DNA of 24,000 nucleotides from Dyella terrae (GTDB lineage Bacteria; Pseudomonadota; Gammaproteobacteria; Xanthomonadales; Rhodanobacteraceae): NCBI RefSeq assembly GCF_004322705.1, contig NZ_SIZZ01000001.1, positions 1,977,213 to 2,001,212 of the forward strand, read 5' to 3'. Shown piece by piece: positions 23,464 to 24,000 of this stretch (position 1 is its first letter; each line of letters starts with the position of its first letter). The notes under the pieces were generated by a model. It saw only the letters and a program-made list of their open reading frames with translations, ran no database searches and was not told where the DNA came from. The position numbers and the translations under genes were made by a program.

Positions 23464-24000
23464 TTATTCGTCGACGCCCGGATCCATCCCCGGGAAAAGC
23501 ACTTCCGTGTAGCCGAACTTCGTGAAATCGGTGATACGCGACGGGTACAGCCGGCCGATCAGGTGATCGCACTCGTGCTGCACGACGCGGGCATGGAAGC
23601 CGTCGGCGCGCCGGTCGATCGGCTGGCCCTTCGGGTCGACGCCCTGGTAGCGAATCATGCTGAACCGGCTGACCGCACCGCGAAGTCCCGGCACCGAAAG
23701 GCAGCCTTCCCAGCCCTCCTCCAGATCCTGGGACAAGGGGGTGATAAGCGGATTGAGCAGGATGGTCTCCGGCACCGCAGGTGCACCGGGGTAACGCTCG
23801 GAGCTGTCGAATCCGAAGATCACCAATTGCAGGTCGACGCCGATCTGCGGCGCGGCCAGGCCCACGCCGCCAGCGTGGTGCATGGTGTCGAACATGTCGG
23901 CGATCAGCGCATCGAGTTCCTCGCTGCCCATCATCGCGTCGGGTACCGGCGGCGCCACGCGCAACAGGCGCGGGTCACCCATCTTCAGGATTTCACGAAT
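23464..24000 (-). CDS. def: Peptide deformylase (5' end beyond the window)
   Basis: All three PDF motifs are present: [18 protein letters not shown] and HECDHL. The frame stays open upstream of the track's Met (…[13 protein letters not shown]), so the real start lies past nt 24000. Confidence 0.93.
   Translation of the reverse strand: MREILKMGDPRLLRVAPPVPDAMMGSEELDALIADMFDTMHHAGGVGLAAPQIGVDLQLVIFGFDSSERYPGAPAVPETILLNPLITPLSQDLEEGWEGCLSVPGLRGAVSRFSMIRYQGVDPKGQPIDRRADGFHARVVQHECDHLIGRLYPSRITDFTKFGYTEVLFPGMDPGVDE

Noticed and set aside
1-24000. Scan for CRISPR arrays, tRNA/rRNA genes, IS elements, integrases and toxin-antitoxin pairs.
   Set aside because: None were seen. There are no regularly spaced direct repeats, no cloverleaf-like conserved tRNA arms in the intergenic regions, and no transposase or recombinase motifs in any frame.

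Overview
GC-rich (about 65-70% by eye) proteobacterial chromosome segment, possibly Xanthomonadales-like, though that is only an inference. Most of the window is ordinary housekeeping or envelope genes. These are a TetR regulator, a DUF817 membrane protein, ettA, pyrF, an acyltransferase-3 protein, a Tat-exported PLP aldolase-like enzyme, an mprF-acvB/virJ pair, an OPT transporter and def. The centre (about 6.9-17.5 kb) is a same-strand accessory block on the minus strand. It has three parts: (i) a 1268-aa secreted metzincin-type protease with four ricin-like lectin modules, (ii) a Crp/Fnr-family regulator, and (iii) a tightly packed eight-gene operon that I read as an R-body (RebB 'killing trait') system. 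The operon encodes an ECF sigma factor, three clear RebB-family proteins, one divergent Reb-domain protein and two small unknown ORFs. It also encodes a 722-aa protein carrying a remodelled adenosine/AMP-deaminase motif set. That deaminase-like gene is the most interesting unexplained component, and I propose it as a candidate effector or cargo of the R-body. No tRNA/rRNA genes, CRISPR arrays, IS elements or integrases were seen. Many long ORFs in the six-frame track are GC-rich antisense shadows and were rejected. All family assignments come from motif recognition by eye, not from database searches.
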